Positions 1 through 8,777 of a DNA stretch of 53,462 bases are shown in pieces. Source of the stretch: Muricomes sp. (GTDB taxonomy: Bacteria > Bacillota > Clostridia > Lachnospirales > Lachnospiraceae); contig JAHHTM010000001.1 of the NCBI GenBank assembly GCA_020024675.1, positions 1 to 53,462 on the forward strand. Direction: 5' to 3'. Made by a program: the position numbers and the translations under genes. Under the pieces are notes generated by a model. The model was given only the letters and a program-made list of their open reading frames with translations. It made no database searches and was not told the DNA's origin. How positions within the stretch are numbered: position 1 is the stretch's first letter; each line of letters opens with the position of its first letter.

Positions 1-44
1 CTTTTCTATAAGAGTGAGATTACACACATAGGAGGAATTCGTTG

Positions 45-632
45 ATGAATGCGTTGGAAGAAAGAATTTTAAAAGATGGTATGGTCAAAGAAGGAAATGT
101 ACTCAAAGTTGACAGCTTTCTCAATCACCAGATGGACATTACGCTGTTTGAAGAGATGGGAAAAGAGTTTAAAAAGCGTTTTGCTGAAAAAAATATCAAT
201 AAGATTCTTACAATAGAATCATCAGGGATTGGAATTGCATGTGTTGTTGCACAGCAGTTTAATGTTCCTGTGGTATTTGCAAAAAAATCAAGAAGCATCA
301 ATCTCGAAGGAGAAATGTATGTCGCAGAGGTTGAGTCTTTTACACACAAATGTAAAAATAATGTTATTGTTTCGAAGAAATTCCTTACACCGGAAGATCA
401 TGTACTTATCATCGATGATTTTCTTGCAAATGGATGTGCACTTCAAGGACTGATTCAGATTGTACAGTCAGCAGGTGCTACAGTAGAAGGCATTGGTATT
501 GCTATTGAAAAAGGGTTCCAGACAGGAGGACGTATTATCCGTAATTTAGGTTATCAGTTGGAATCACTTGCAATTGTTGATAAAATGGATGCTTCTACAG
601 GTACGATTACTTTCCGTAATCAGGATGAATAG
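45..632 (+). CDS. xpt: xanthine phosphoribosyltransferase
   Basis: Near full-length resemblance to B. subtilis Xpt ([19 protein letters not shown] loop [11 protein letters not shown]). GGAGGA at 31-36 favours ATG 45 over TTG 42. Confidence 0.9.
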   Translation: MNALEERILKDGMVKEGNVLKVDSFLNHQMDITLFEEMGKEFKKRFAEKNINKILTIESSGIGIACVVAQQFNVPVVFAKKSRSINLEGEMYVAEVESFTHKCKNNVIVSKKFLTPEDHVLIIDDFLANGCALQGLIQIVQSAGATVEGIGIAIEKGFQTGGRIIRNLGYQLESLAIVDKMDASTGTITFRNQDE

Positions 633-656
633 GCTTAAAATCAGGGAAGATAGATT

Positions 657-1358
657 ATGTTAAAATCATATATTGCATTTGATTTGGAGACGACGGGACT
701 AGATCCTACGAAAAATGATATTATTGAGATTGGGGCACTAAAAGTGCGTGATGGAAAAGTACAAGAGCGATTCATGGAATTTGCATGCCCCTTAGAGAGA
801 ATATCTCCTACTATAGAGAATCTTACCGGAATTTCAAATGAGATGGTTTCTAATGCAAGATGTAGTCAGGACGTAGTAAGAGATTTTCTTGATTTCTGTG
901 AGGATGATATCTTAGTTGGACATAATGTGATTTTTGATTATAGCTTTGTAAAGATGAAAGCTACCGCGCAGGGACTGTCGTTTGAAAAATCAGGTATCGA
1001 CACCCTTAAGATTGCAAGGAAGGTACATAAAGATCTGTCGTCTAAGAGTCTTGAGAGTTTGTGTGAATATTATGGGATAGAAAATAAGTCTGCACACAGA
1101 GCATATTTTGATGCGCTTGCAACGGCAAAGTTATATCATATGCTTGCACACTATTTTGAAGAAAAGGACCCAAAAGTTTTTAAACCACAGATGTTGATGT
1201 ATCGGCCAAAAAAAATACTTCCCGCTACACCAAAACAGATTGAATTTATTACAAGGCTGATTCAAGAACATGAAGTAGAAGTGGAATGGGATCCAGCTAC
1301 AATTACAAAGAATGATGCATCTCGTTTGATTGATAAAATTTTAAAAAACCAGTCATAA
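657..1358 (+). CDS. DEDDh 3'-5' exonuclease, DNA polymerase III epsilon-like
   Basis: Exo motifs AFDLETTGL, GHNVIFD and HRAYFDA. 233 aa. Weak GGGAAG RBS. Confidence 0.8.
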   Translation: MLKSYIAFDLETTGLDPTKNDIIEIGALKVRDGKVQERFMEFACPLERISPTIENLTGISNEMVSNARCSQDVVRDFLDFCEDDILVGHNVIFDYSFVKMKATAQGLSFEKSGIDTLKIARKVHKDLSSKSLESLCEYYGIENKSAHRAYFDALATAKLYHMLAHYFEEKDPKVFKPQMLMYRPKKILPATPKQIEFITRLIQEHEVEVEWDPATITKNDASRLIDKILKNQS

Positions 1359-1381
1359 ATATTGTTTTATACCGACAAAAT

Positions 1382-1414
1382 GGCGCCAGTGTCTAAAATT
1401 TGGATACTGGCGCT
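1382..1414 (+). terminator. GC-rich hairpin downstream of the exonuclease gene, with a weak U-tract
   Basis: GGCGCCAGT (1382-1390) pairs with ACTGGCGC(T) (1406-1414) around a 15-nt loop. The trailing sequence atgttta is T-poor, so intrinsic termination is uncertain. Confidence 0.4.
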
Positions 1415-1520
1415 ATGTTTATCTATATCTATTTTAAATTTTTCTACATACAATAGATAGTAGAAAGCATATAAAAGAACAACTTTCAATATACAAAAGA
1501 AGATTTTAGGAGGAAATGGT

Positions 1521-2924
1521 ATGAAAAATATTGGCCACACAGCAGAAAGAATGGCGGTAGGTACGGCGATTGATCTGGTGTTAAAAAAGATTAATAAAGA
1601 CGAAAGAGAAGAAGAACTGGTAAAAATGGCTGAATTTATGAGAAAGTATGTCAATGTTTTACCAGAAAAAATAAATTATGACAGAATCAAAGAACTGATC
1701 ATGGATAAAGAGGGCTTTATTAATCAATATGTAAATCGTGTATTAGATGAGGTAGATCCAAAAGTTTTGAAAACAATGGCTTTAAATTTTGGATTTGAAG
1801 CAATGTTAAATGGAACAAAGAAAATAAGAGAAATGCGAGAAGTTCATAAATGCAATATTCCATGGCTGATCCTTATGGACCCAACAAGTGCATGTAACCT
1901 TCATTGTACAGGATGTTGGGCAGCAGAATACGGAAATAAGCTGAATCTTACATTTGAGGAAATGGATAGTCTGATTCAGCAGGGAAAGAGTCTGGGAGTT
2001 TATTTCTACATGTTTACTGGTGGAGAGCCATTAGTCAGAAAAAAAGATTTGATCCGTATATGTGAAAAACATAATGACTGTGCATTTTTAGCATTTACAA
2101 ATGGAACATTAGTAGATGAAGCATTCTGTCAGGAAATGAAGAGAGTAGGAAACTTTGCTCTTGCAATTTCATTGGAAGGAGACTCAGATGTAAATGATTC
2201 CAGACGTGGAGATGGAGTTTACAATAAGGTAATGCATGCCATGGATCTTTTGAAAGAAAATGGACTGATTTTTGGTGCATCTATCTGCTATACTTCAAAG
2301 AACTGTGAATCAGTTAGTAGTCCGGAGTTTGTAAAACTGATGGTAGATAAAGGTTGTAAATATGCAATGTATTTCCACTATATGCCAGTTGGAAATGAGG
2401 CATCAATTGATCTTCTTCCAACTCCAGAACAAAGAACGTATATGAAAGACAGAATCCGAAAGATCAGAAGTATAGATGAAGGAGAGGGATTGTTCACTAT
2501 GGACTTCCAGAATGATGGAGAATTTGTAGGAGGCTGTATTGCAGGTGGAAGAAACTATTTCCATATCAATGCAAATGGAGATGCAGAGCCATGTGTATTT
2601 ATCCATTATTCTGGTGCAAATATCCGTACACACAGTCTTCTGGAAATTTTAAAACAACCATTGTTTATGGCATATCATGAGAATCAGCCATTCAATGAAA
2701 ATCATTTAAGACCATGTCCAATGTTGGAAAATCCGGAAATCTTGCAGCGACTTGTAAAAGAAACCGGAGCAAAATCAACAGATCTTCAGTCACCAGAAAG
2801 TGCGGAACATCTGTGTGGAAAGTGTGTAGAATATGCAAATGCATGGAAACCTTGTGCAGAAAAATTGTGGAATGAGGCAGAAAAACATTATGAGCCGTCA
2901 TACGAAAACTACAAACGAGACTAA
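1521..2924 (+). CDS. radical SAM enzyme with a C-terminal Cys-rich (twitch/SPASM-like) domain and a ~110-aa N-terminal extension
   Basis: CNLHCTGC (CxxxCxxC, aa 125-132, nt 1893-1916), FTGGEPL, later C-x13-G-x4-C (GGCIAGG...GDAEPC) and CGKCx9C. AGGAGG RBS 7 nt upstream of the ATG. Confidence 0.85.
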   Translation: MKNIGHTAERMAVGTAIDLVLKKINKDEREEELVKMAEFMRKYVNVLPEKINYDRIKELIMDKEGFINQYVNRVLDEVDPKVLKTMALNFGFEAMLNGTKKIREMREVHKCNIPWLILMDPTSACNLHCTGCWAAEYGNKLNLTFEEMDSLIQQGKSLGVYFYMFTGGEPLVRKKDLIRICEKHNDCAFLAFTNGTLVDEAFCQEMKRVGNFALAISLEGDSDVNDSRRGDGVYNKVMHAMDLLKENGLIFGASICYTSKNCESVSSPEFVKLMVDKGCKYAMYFHYMPVGNEASIDLLPTPEQRTYMKDRIRKIRSIDEGEGLFTMDFQNDGEFVGGCIAGGRNYFHINANGDAEPCVFIHYSGANIRTHSLLEILKQPLFMAYHENQPFNENHLRPCPMLENPEILQRLVKETGAKSTDLQSPESAEHLCGKCVEYANAWKPCAEKLWNEAEKHYEPSYENYKRD

Positions 2925-3579
2925 AAAGAAGATATGGAAATTTCTCCCCATAATTGTAATGATCATTATGGGAATTGTATTGAAAAAGATTGTAAGTGCT
3001 TCAGGTGATACAGTATCTCTTGAAATGATATTGAAATATACACCAAAGGATACTGCAAAAGCGGTATTGATACTTTGGATGTTTTTTGCATTGAAAAGTC
3101 TTTCTCTTGTTTTTCCGATTGCTTTGTTATATCTGGCGTCCGGAATCTTATTTTCTCCGGGAGTAGCATTGCTTGTGAGCGCCACAGGACTGATGATCTC
3201 TCACATGGTTCCTTATCTTATAGGAAGATTCAGTGGAGCTGATATGCTGCATATGATTTGCAGTAAATACGAAAAAGCGAAGAAGCTTGCAGAATATCAG
3301 AACAAAAATCAATTTTTTGTATGCTTTATAACGAGGATTGTCGGGGTTCTGCCACAGGATATTGTAAGTCTATATCTTGGGGCATGTAAAATTCCGTTTG
3401 GAGTTTATTTGCCGGCGGGAGCGGCAGGTGCATTATTGAGTATTGTGACAACTACACTGCTTGGTAATAAGCTGGATGATCCATTTTCTGTGGAATTTAT
3501 TGTTGTTTTGATCTGCAGGATTTTAGTTTCTGCTTTTGCGATATTGGCAAAAAGAAAATTATATAATACAGATAAATAG
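2890..3579 (+). CDS. TVP38/TMEM64 (DedA-superfamily, VTT-domain) membrane protein
   Basis: Multi-TM ORF with a VTT-like core (FITRIVGVLPQDIVSLYLGACKIPF). ATG 2890 is the most downstream in-frame start that keeps TM1 (WKFLPIIVMIIMGIVL). It overlaps the radical SAM gene by 35 nt. No clear RBS, so the start is uncertain (alternatives 2833, 2839, 2872). Confidence 0.7.
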   Translation: MSRHTKTTNETKKKIWKFLPIIVMIIMGIVLKKIVSASGDTVSLEMILKYTPKDTAKAVLILWMFFALKSLSLVFPIALLYLASGILFSPGVALLVSATGLMISHMVPYLIGRFSGADMLHMICSKYEKAKKLAEYQNKNQFFVCFITRIVGVLPQDIVSLYLGACKIPFGVYLPAGAAGALLSIVTTTLLGNKLDDPFSVEFIVVLICRILVSAFAILAKRKLYNTDK

Positions 3580-3581
3580 TG

Positions 3582-3623
3582 AAACTGTCTGTTTGACTTT
3601 ACCGGTCATCAGACAGTTTTTTG
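3582..3623 (+). terminator. rho-independent terminator after the radical SAM/TVP38 pair
   Basis: AAACTGTCTG (3582-3591) pairs with CAGACAGTTT (3610-3619), followed by a T-run to 3622. Confidence 0.7.
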
Positions 3624-3642
3624 TATTTTGTGAAGGGAGTGT

Positions 3643-3671
3643 TTGTAAGAAATTAGGATTTATGATAAAAT
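3643..3671 (+). promoter_or_regulatory. sigma-A-type promoter of the DUF4230 operon
   Basis: TTGTAA (3643-3648), 17-nt spacer, TAAAAT (3666-3671) preceded by TGa (extended -10). Confidence 0.45.
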
Positions 3672-3735
3672 ATTTCATAAATCGACAGGGATGTAAATAT
3701 AAAATACAGGTACATTCCGGATAAGGAGATGTCCT

Positions 3736-4347
3736 ATGAAAGAACGAAGAAATGGTGGAGCAAGTATAATAAGAACATTTCATTCTATGAAGCAGTTTAT
3801 CTTTCTGATTGTTCTTCTGATCGTGCTTATTGTAGCTATTTTTGGATTTGTAAGATCACATAACAAATCGGAAAAAGAAGTAATTACAAAATCGACTTTA
3901 GAGAAGATGATCAATGTCAGTGAACTGTCTACGTTTGAAGCAGTTTACAATGGTATTACCCAAGTCATGAATAAGACAGATGACGAAAAGGTAGATTATT
4001 ATGTATATTATGAAGCAAAGGTTAAAGCGGGATTTAATTTTGAAGAGGTGAAGATTAATCTTGATAATAGGGAGAAAAAGATTGTTATTACACTTCCAAA
4101 GATTAAGATCAATGATATAAATGTAGATATAGCTTCTCTGGATTACATGTTTGAAAATAAAAAAGCTGATACTGAAACGGTGTCTCAGGAAGCTTATAAG
4201 GCAGCTATAGCAGATGTAACAGAAGAAAGTAAGAATGAGACAGCAATTTACGAACTGGCAAAACAAAATGCGGTTAATATCGTGGAAGCGCTTGTAAAAC
4301 CTTTTGTACAACAAGTTGATCCAGAATATCAGATTGAGATTCGCTAA
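3736..4347 (+). CDS. DUF4230-like membrane-anchored protein
   Basis: N-terminal TM anchor (FIFLIVLLIVLIVAIFGF) followed by a ~150-aa beta-rich domain with a DUF4230-like pattern (VKAGFNFEEVKINLD...KIVITLPKIKI). AAGGAG RBS 7 nt upstream. Confidence 0.6.
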   Translation: MKERRNGGASIIRTFHSMKQFIFLIVLLIVLIVAIFGFVRSHNKSEKEVITKSTLEKMINVSELSTFEAVYNGITQVMNKTDDEKVDYYVYYEAKVKAGFNFEEVKINLDNREKKIVITLPKIKINDINVDIASLDYMFENKKADTETVSQEAYKAAIADVTEESKNETAIYELAKQNAVNIVEALVKPFVQQVDPEYQIEIR

Positions 4348-4363
4348 GAAAGGGGAATTTAAG

Positions 4364-4945
4364 ATGAAAAAAATGATGATGCTATGCCTTGTCACAGTGA
4401 TGCTTTTATGTTCCTCTTGTGGAAAAAAAGAAAAGCCTATTGAACCAGAATTATCACAAATGAAGTCAATCTGTGAACTGGCAACCATGGATTGTTATTA
4501 TCACAATGTAGCAAAATATTCAGAAAAAGATGCACAGGGAATCTTATGGTGGAAAAAGGATAAAAAATTTTGGATTGAATATGATGGAGTTGTAACGATC
4601 GGAGTGAATGCTTCGCTGGTGAACATCACAGTTAAAGAAGATAAAGTTACGATTACAATTCCGTCTGCAGAAGTGCTTGGATGTAAGGTGGATGAAAAGA
4701 CACTTACTGAAAATTCGTTTGTGGTAGAAAAAGGATCTGCTGATGTAAATGCAGTGGATCAGACAGAAGCATTTAAACTGGCTCAGAAAAATATAAAAGA
4801 AAGTGCATTAAAAGATACGGTGCTTTTAAAAAATGCTCAGCAAAGAGCACAGAAACTTTTGGAGGATTATGTACATAATATTGGTGAAGCTGTAGGAAAA
4901 GAATATCAGATTCAGTGGAAATATATAGATGCGAAACAAAGTTGA
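4364..4945 (+). CDS. probable lipoprotein, DUF4230-like paralog
   Basis: Signal peptide MKKMMMLCLVTVMLLCSSCG with a lipobox-like LCSSC. Same domain pattern as the upstream gene (VVTIGVNASLVNITVKEDKVTITIPSAEVLG). Starts 17 nt after the upstream stop, with an AAAGGGGA RBS. Confidence 0.6.
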   Translation: MKKMMMLCLVTVMLLCSSCGKKEKPIEPELSQMKSICELATMDCYYHNVAKYSEKDAQGILWWKKDKKFWIEYDGVVTIGVNASLVNITVKEDKVTITIPSAEVLGCKVDEKTLTENSFVVEKGSADVNAVDQTEAFKLAQKNIKESALKDTVLLKNAQQRAQKLLEDYVHNIGEAVGKEYQIQWKYIDAKQS

Positions 4946-4972
4946 TAAAAAACAGAAAAAGAGGAAAAGTAT

Positions 4973-5302
4973 ATGAATGAATATATAGCAATGTGGAAAA
5001 ATTATGCAAATTTCAAGGATCGTACGTCAAGAAAAGGTTACTGGATGGCTATTTTGTTTAACATTCTTGTGATTATGGCACTGTATGTATTACTAGAATT
5101 TTTTCCGTTCATGTCCATTATCATTTTGATCTATGAACTTGCAGTAATTCTTCCGATGATCGCAATTTTAGTGCGTCGTCTTCGAGATGCCGGAAAAGTT
5201 TGGTATCTGGTATTTATGATATTCGTTCCGATTATTGGACAGATTGTTTTACTGTACTTTTTAGTTCAGGGAACAAAGTGTGACGAAGGTGTTCAAGTGT
5301 AA
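4973..5302 (+). CDS. DUF805 family small membrane protein
   Basis: RTSRKGYW near the N-terminus, three TM helices and RRLRDAGK, the characteristic DUF805 (YhaH-like) pattern. Confidence 0.75.
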   Translation: MNEYIAMWKNYANFKDRTSRKGYWMAILFNILVIMALYVLLEFFPFMSIIILIYELAVILPMIAILVRRLRDAGKVWYLVFMIFVPIIGQIVLLYFLVQGTKCDEGVQV

Positions 5303-5312
5303 GGAAAATAAT

Positions 5313-5343
5313 AAAACCTGTCGGGTGATCCGGCAGGTTTTAT
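5313..5343. terminator. bidirectional terminator between DUF805 (+) and GDPD (-)
   Basis: AAAACCTGTCGG / CCGGCAGGTTTT stem with a 5-nt loop. A-run and T-run flanks allow function on both strands. Confidence 0.7.
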
Positions 5344-5348
5344 TTGTT

Positions 5349-6086
5349 TTAACGAAGTCCAGTTTGTTTTAATAAGACTGCTACACGGTTAGGATAGTTG
5401 GATATGATTCCATCGACCTCTTTCTGGATCATATCTAAAATGTCTTTTTCTTCATTTACAGTCCATGTATTGATCTTTACATGATGTTCCTTCAAATCAG
5501 CAGTTTCTTTTTCTGTCAGCATGTGGAAGTCTGGATGATAAGCTTCAATCTTATGGGTAGATACATAAGAACCGGCATCAAGAATCCATGTTTCGGTAAG
5601 AAAACCGCATTCAAGGTCAGGGGCAAGAGCTTTCATTCTCATAACAGAATTGTGATTGAAAGAAGAAATGACAACTTTTTTCTGTAAACCAAATTCACAG
5701 ATCATATCATAAACAGCTTTTTCAATTCCGGGATATTCATACACACCGGTTTTTAATTCGATGTTGGTAATAATATCTTTGTCTTTCACGAATTCGAAAT
5801 ATTCTCTAAGTGTAGGAATTTTCTGAAAACCAAATTGTCCGGCGTATTTGTAGGAAAAATCCACTTTGCACAGTTCCTCATAAGTCATATCTTTGACAAG
5901 ACCACTCTGATCAGAGGTGCGGTCAATTTTTTCGTCATGAATGATGACAAGGTGATTATCTTTTGTTAAATGTACGTCTAATTCAATTCCTTCACAGCCT
6001 GCTTCTAATGCTTTTTTAAAAGCAAGCATTGTATTTTCTGGATAGCAGCCGCTGAATCCACGGTGCCCATAATTTCTACATTTCAT
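5349..6086 (-). CDS. glycerophosphodiester phosphodiesterase
   Basis: GDPD motifs HRG (YGHRGFSG), ENT (PENTMLAF), ELDVHLTKD and VIIHD. GGGAGAA RBS 6 nt upstream of ATG 6086 (the ORF track start at 6101 is TTG). Confidence 0.85.
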   Translation of the reverse strand: MKCRNYGHRGFSGCYPENTMLAFKKALEAGCEGIELDVHLTKDNHLVIIHDEKIDRTSDQSGLVKDMTYEELCKVDFSYKYAGQFGFQKIPTLREYFEFVKDKDIITNIELKTGVYEYPGIEKAVYDMICEFGLQKKVVISSFNHNSVMRMKALAPDLECGFLTETWILDAGSYVSTHKIEAYHPDFHMLTEKETADLKEHHVKINTWTVNEEKDILDMIQKEVDGIISNYPNRVAVLLKQTGLR

Positions 6087-6175
6087 CTGAAGTTCTCCCA
6101 AAGTTTATATTTTAAATATAACGTTTAAATTATAGTCCTCTTTGTCACGGAAAACAATGGGAATACGCATATTTC

Positions 6176-6205
6176 TTGACACTTTTATGAGCAGTCGATT
6201 ATAAT
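6176..6205 (+). promoter_or_regulatory. sigma-A promoter of the permease/hydrolase operon
   Basis: TTGACA (6176-6181), 18-nt spacer, TATAAT (6200-6205). Confidence 0.55.
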
Positions 6206-6240
6206 ATTTTCAATAGGATTTTAAGTACATGGAGGAAAAA

Positions 6241-7398
6241 ATGAAAAAGATACAAGGAGAATCAAAGCTTACATTTTTTGAGGCTACGAGTATTATTGTA
6301 GGACATGGTGTAGGTTCGGGAATATTATCGGTTCCTTTTCTGGCAGCGCACAATAGTATGCGTGAGATCCTACTGATTATTACGTTTTGTTATTTGTTTA
6401 ATGTAGTCCTGCACCTTATTATTGCGGAATTATCGTATAATAATGATGGTGCACAGTTTATCAGTTGTCTGGATGCGGAACTTTTCTCAGGGAAGATTAA
6501 GAAGATACTTACATGGACAGCTTTTGTTACGCTGGGAATTTCTGTGATCGTAAATGTCAGTGCATTTCTTACAGGAGCAGCAGCGGTATTTCGTTCCTGG
6601 TTTGGTCTTCCGGATGCAGTCGGCATGATCATTTTTTATGTGATTGGTGCAGGAGTTGTATTTATCGGGATGAAGCTTGTGGGCATTTGTGAAAAGCTTG
6701 CAGTCAGTTCGATGATTGGTGTGATTGGCATACTTCTTATCGCCACATTGATGTCAGAGATGAGCGACCTTCCAACAGGTTGGCATGGAATTACAAATGT
6801 ACTTGCTCTTTATAGCATGGTTGCTTTTTCGTTGTCAGCAGTTATGTCTACACCACAGGTTGTAAAAGGATTAGAAGGTGATATCAAAAAGATCCGTGCA
6901 TCGATTGCAACCGGACTTGCCATCAATGTTGGTCTGATCCTTATGATCACGATCATGACCCTTTTAGGAGCAGGAAAAAATATTTCAGAAGACGGGGCAC
7001 TTGTGGATCTGGCAGCTCATCTAGGTGGATGGGTAAGTGTGATCGGCTACATATTTACACTGATGGCACTGGCAACTTCATTTTGGGCAAATACCTTAAA
7101 TCTGCGTGACATTGTCCATGAGCAGACTCATTGGAATATCCGTTTAAGCTGGCTTGTGGCATCCCTTCCATGTCTTGTTATTGCATTTTTCGGTGCATCA
7201 ACTTTTGTAGGATTTACAAGATTTGCAAGTATCATTCAGGTTGTCACAGGAGTAGGAATTATCGTGGCATATAATTTGTCGAGAAAAAGGCATCACTCAT
7301 CTGAACTTGTAGGGAAATTCGGCACATTGCCGTTCCAGATTTTTGTTGTTATATGTACATTGCTTGCAAGTATAGGGGCAATGCTTCCGGTGAAATAA
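6241..7398 (+). CDS. amino acid permease-like transporter (aromatic/hydroxy amino acid permease type)
   Basis: ~11 TM segments. The N-terminal FFEATSIIVGHGVGSGILSVP resembles Trp/Tyr-permease-type carriers. GGAGG RBS precedes ATG 6241 (the track start 6229 lacks an RBS). Confidence 0.65.
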   Translation: MKKIQGESKLTFFEATSIIVGHGVGSGILSVPFLAAHNSMREILLIITFCYLFNVVLHLIIAELSYNNDGAQFISCLDAELFSGKIKKILTWTAFVTLGISVIVNVSAFLTGAAAVFRSWFGLPDAVGMIIFYVIGAGVVFIGMKLVGICEKLAVSSMIGVIGILLIATLMSEMSDLPTGWHGITNVLALYSMVAFSLSAVMSTPQVVKGLEGDIKKIRASIATGLAINVGLILMITIMTLLGAGKNISEDGALVDLAAHLGGWVSVIGYIFTLMALATSFWANTLNLRDIVHEQTHWNIRLSWLVASLPCLVIAFFGASTFVGFTRFASIIQVVTGVGIIVAYNLSRKRHHSSELVGKFGTLPFQIFVVICTLLASIGAMLPVK

Positions 7399-7410
7399 GA
7401 GAGGAATAAA

Positions 7411-8325
7411 ATGAAAAAAGGAACAAAAAGATTACTGGCTGTTCCGGCAATAGGAGCAGCAGTTATGACAGAAGAACTTTATCGCTATGTATTTTGTAGA
7501 AAAAGTTCAGCATTGTTTTCCCTTTTGTTTGATACAAAAGGACATGAAGAAAATTATTATCGTGTAAAAAATGCGGCTGCGGACAGACTTAGAAAGCGCT
7601 ATCATGAAGAATATATAATGAAATCCGAAAGAGGAGAGAAATTAAAAGGGTTTTATTATCCATTTGGTGCGGAAGGAAAGAAGATTGCGTTTATTATCCA
7701 CGGATATCGTTCAGAACATGCTGACACAGCAGGAATGTATTATGAGTACTATAAAAAACGCGGGATTGATGTTTTTTGTTGTGATCATACTGCTTCTGGA
7801 GAAAGTAAAGGAAACTATATCGGATTTGATATATTAGAAACAAAGGATTGTCTTCAATGGATTGATTTTCTGAAGGAAAAGTTTGGGGATGATATTCAGA
7901 TCATACTTCATGGATTTTCTATGGGTGGGGCAACAGTAATGCAGATGAGCAGCAAGTGTCCTTCCAATGTAAAATTTATTATAGAAGACAGTGGTTATAA
8001 AAATGCAAAAGCTTCGCTTAAACATCAGGTAGGACCTATGTATCAGCCACTTCGATGGATCAATAAGATTTTTGCGGGATATGACCTGGATGATTCTGAT
8101 GTGACGAAGAGTCTTGAAAAATCAAAAATTCCAATGTTGTTTGTGCATGGAAGAGATGATAAGCTTGTTCCTTTTAAAAATGGACCGGAATTGTATGAAT
8201 TGTATCAGGGAGAAAAAGATTATTTCTTCCCATCTAATACAAGACACATTGAAAGTATGTACACATCATCAGATTTGTATGCAGAAAAAATAGACAGGTT
8301 TGTTGAAAAATATTTTGAACATTAA
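7411..8325 (+). CDS. alpha/beta hydrolase (S33/DUF-type serine hydrolase) with an N-terminal hydrophobic segment
   Basis: Nucleophile elbow GFSMGG, downstream D (HGRDDKLVP) and H (NTRHIE). Lies 13 nt after the permease stop. Confidence 0.8.
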   Translation: MKKGTKRLLAVPAIGAAVMTEELYRYVFCRKSSALFSLLFDTKGHEENYYRVKNAAADRLRKRYHEEYIMKSERGEKLKGFYYPFGAEGKKIAFIIHGYRSEHADTAGMYYEYYKKRGIDVFCCDHTASGESKGNYIGFDILETKDCLQWIDFLKEKFGDDIQIILHGFSMGGATVMQMSSKCPSNVKFIIEDSGYKNAKASLKHQVGPMYQPLRWINKIFAGYDLDDSDVTKSLEKSKIPMLFVHGRDDKLVPFKNGPELYELYQGEKDYFFPSNTRHIESMYTSSDLYAEKIDRFVEKYFEH

Positions 8326-8336
8326 CGAAGAATAAT

Positions 8337-8369
8337 AAATGCGTACCATATTTGCGGTACGCATTTTTT
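8337..8369. terminator. bidirectional terminator
   Basis: AAATGCGTACC (8337-8347) pairs with GGTACGCATTT (8356-8366), followed by a T-run. It sits between convergent genes. Confidence 0.7.
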
Positions 8370-8370
8370 A

Positions 8371-8667
8371 TTATATTTCAGAAAAAGAATTACAATAATA
8401 TTCGAAGCGATAGGTCTGTTTTGCATCCGGATATTTTTCACGGTCTACAAGACTTAAAAACATATCCTTTGGTCGACAGTATAATTTCATTGAACCATAT
8501 AATGCTTTATATACAACAAGTTCTTCCATAGTTTCACTGTGGAGACAGATGCCGGTTATTTCGTATAAGTATTGAAATGGGTCTGTACTGGAGGTCAGAT
8601 CTCTTTTGAAATGGGATACGATGGTGCCTGGTTTTAATAATTTCTTCTCTCGGTTAGTATCTGTCAT
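8371..8667 (-). CDS. DUF1653 domain protein
   Basis: HFKR...YEITGICLHSETMEELVVYKALYG...RP..MF...KYP pattern typical of DUF1653. AAAGGAG RBS. Confidence 0.75.
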   Translation of the reverse strand: MTDTNREKKLLKPGTIVSHFKRDLTSSTDPFQYLYEITGICLHSETMEELVVYKALYGSMKLYCRPKDMFLSLVDREKYPDAKQTYRFEYYCNSFSEI

Positions 8668-8706
8668 GAAGGAATCTCCTTTCTTTTTAACTAACTATAT
8701 CATATC

Positions 8707-8735
8707 TTGAAATTAAAAGAAATATGCGATATATT
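8707..8735 (+). promoter_or_regulatory. sigma-A promoter of the membrane protein/XRE operon
   Basis: TTGAAA (8707-8712), 17-nt spacer, TATATT (8730-8735). Confidence 0.5.
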
Positions 8736-8777
8736 TATAACATAAGGAGGAGTATTTCACACATGGAGGTGGAGAAA

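Noticed and set aside
1-30. Possible 3' end of a purine riboswitch upstream of xpt (CTATAAGAG resembles a P1 3' strand)
   Set aside because: Only about 20 nt are in the window, and the junction residues (TTTCT versus the canonical CGACT) do not match well. It cannot be evaluated without upstream sequence.
3898-4488. 196-aa minus-strand ORF
   Set aside because: It is antisense to the two DUF4230-like genes. Its Ile/Phe/Asn-rich composition is an AT-rich antisense artefact, and it spans the sense intergenic region without its own signals.
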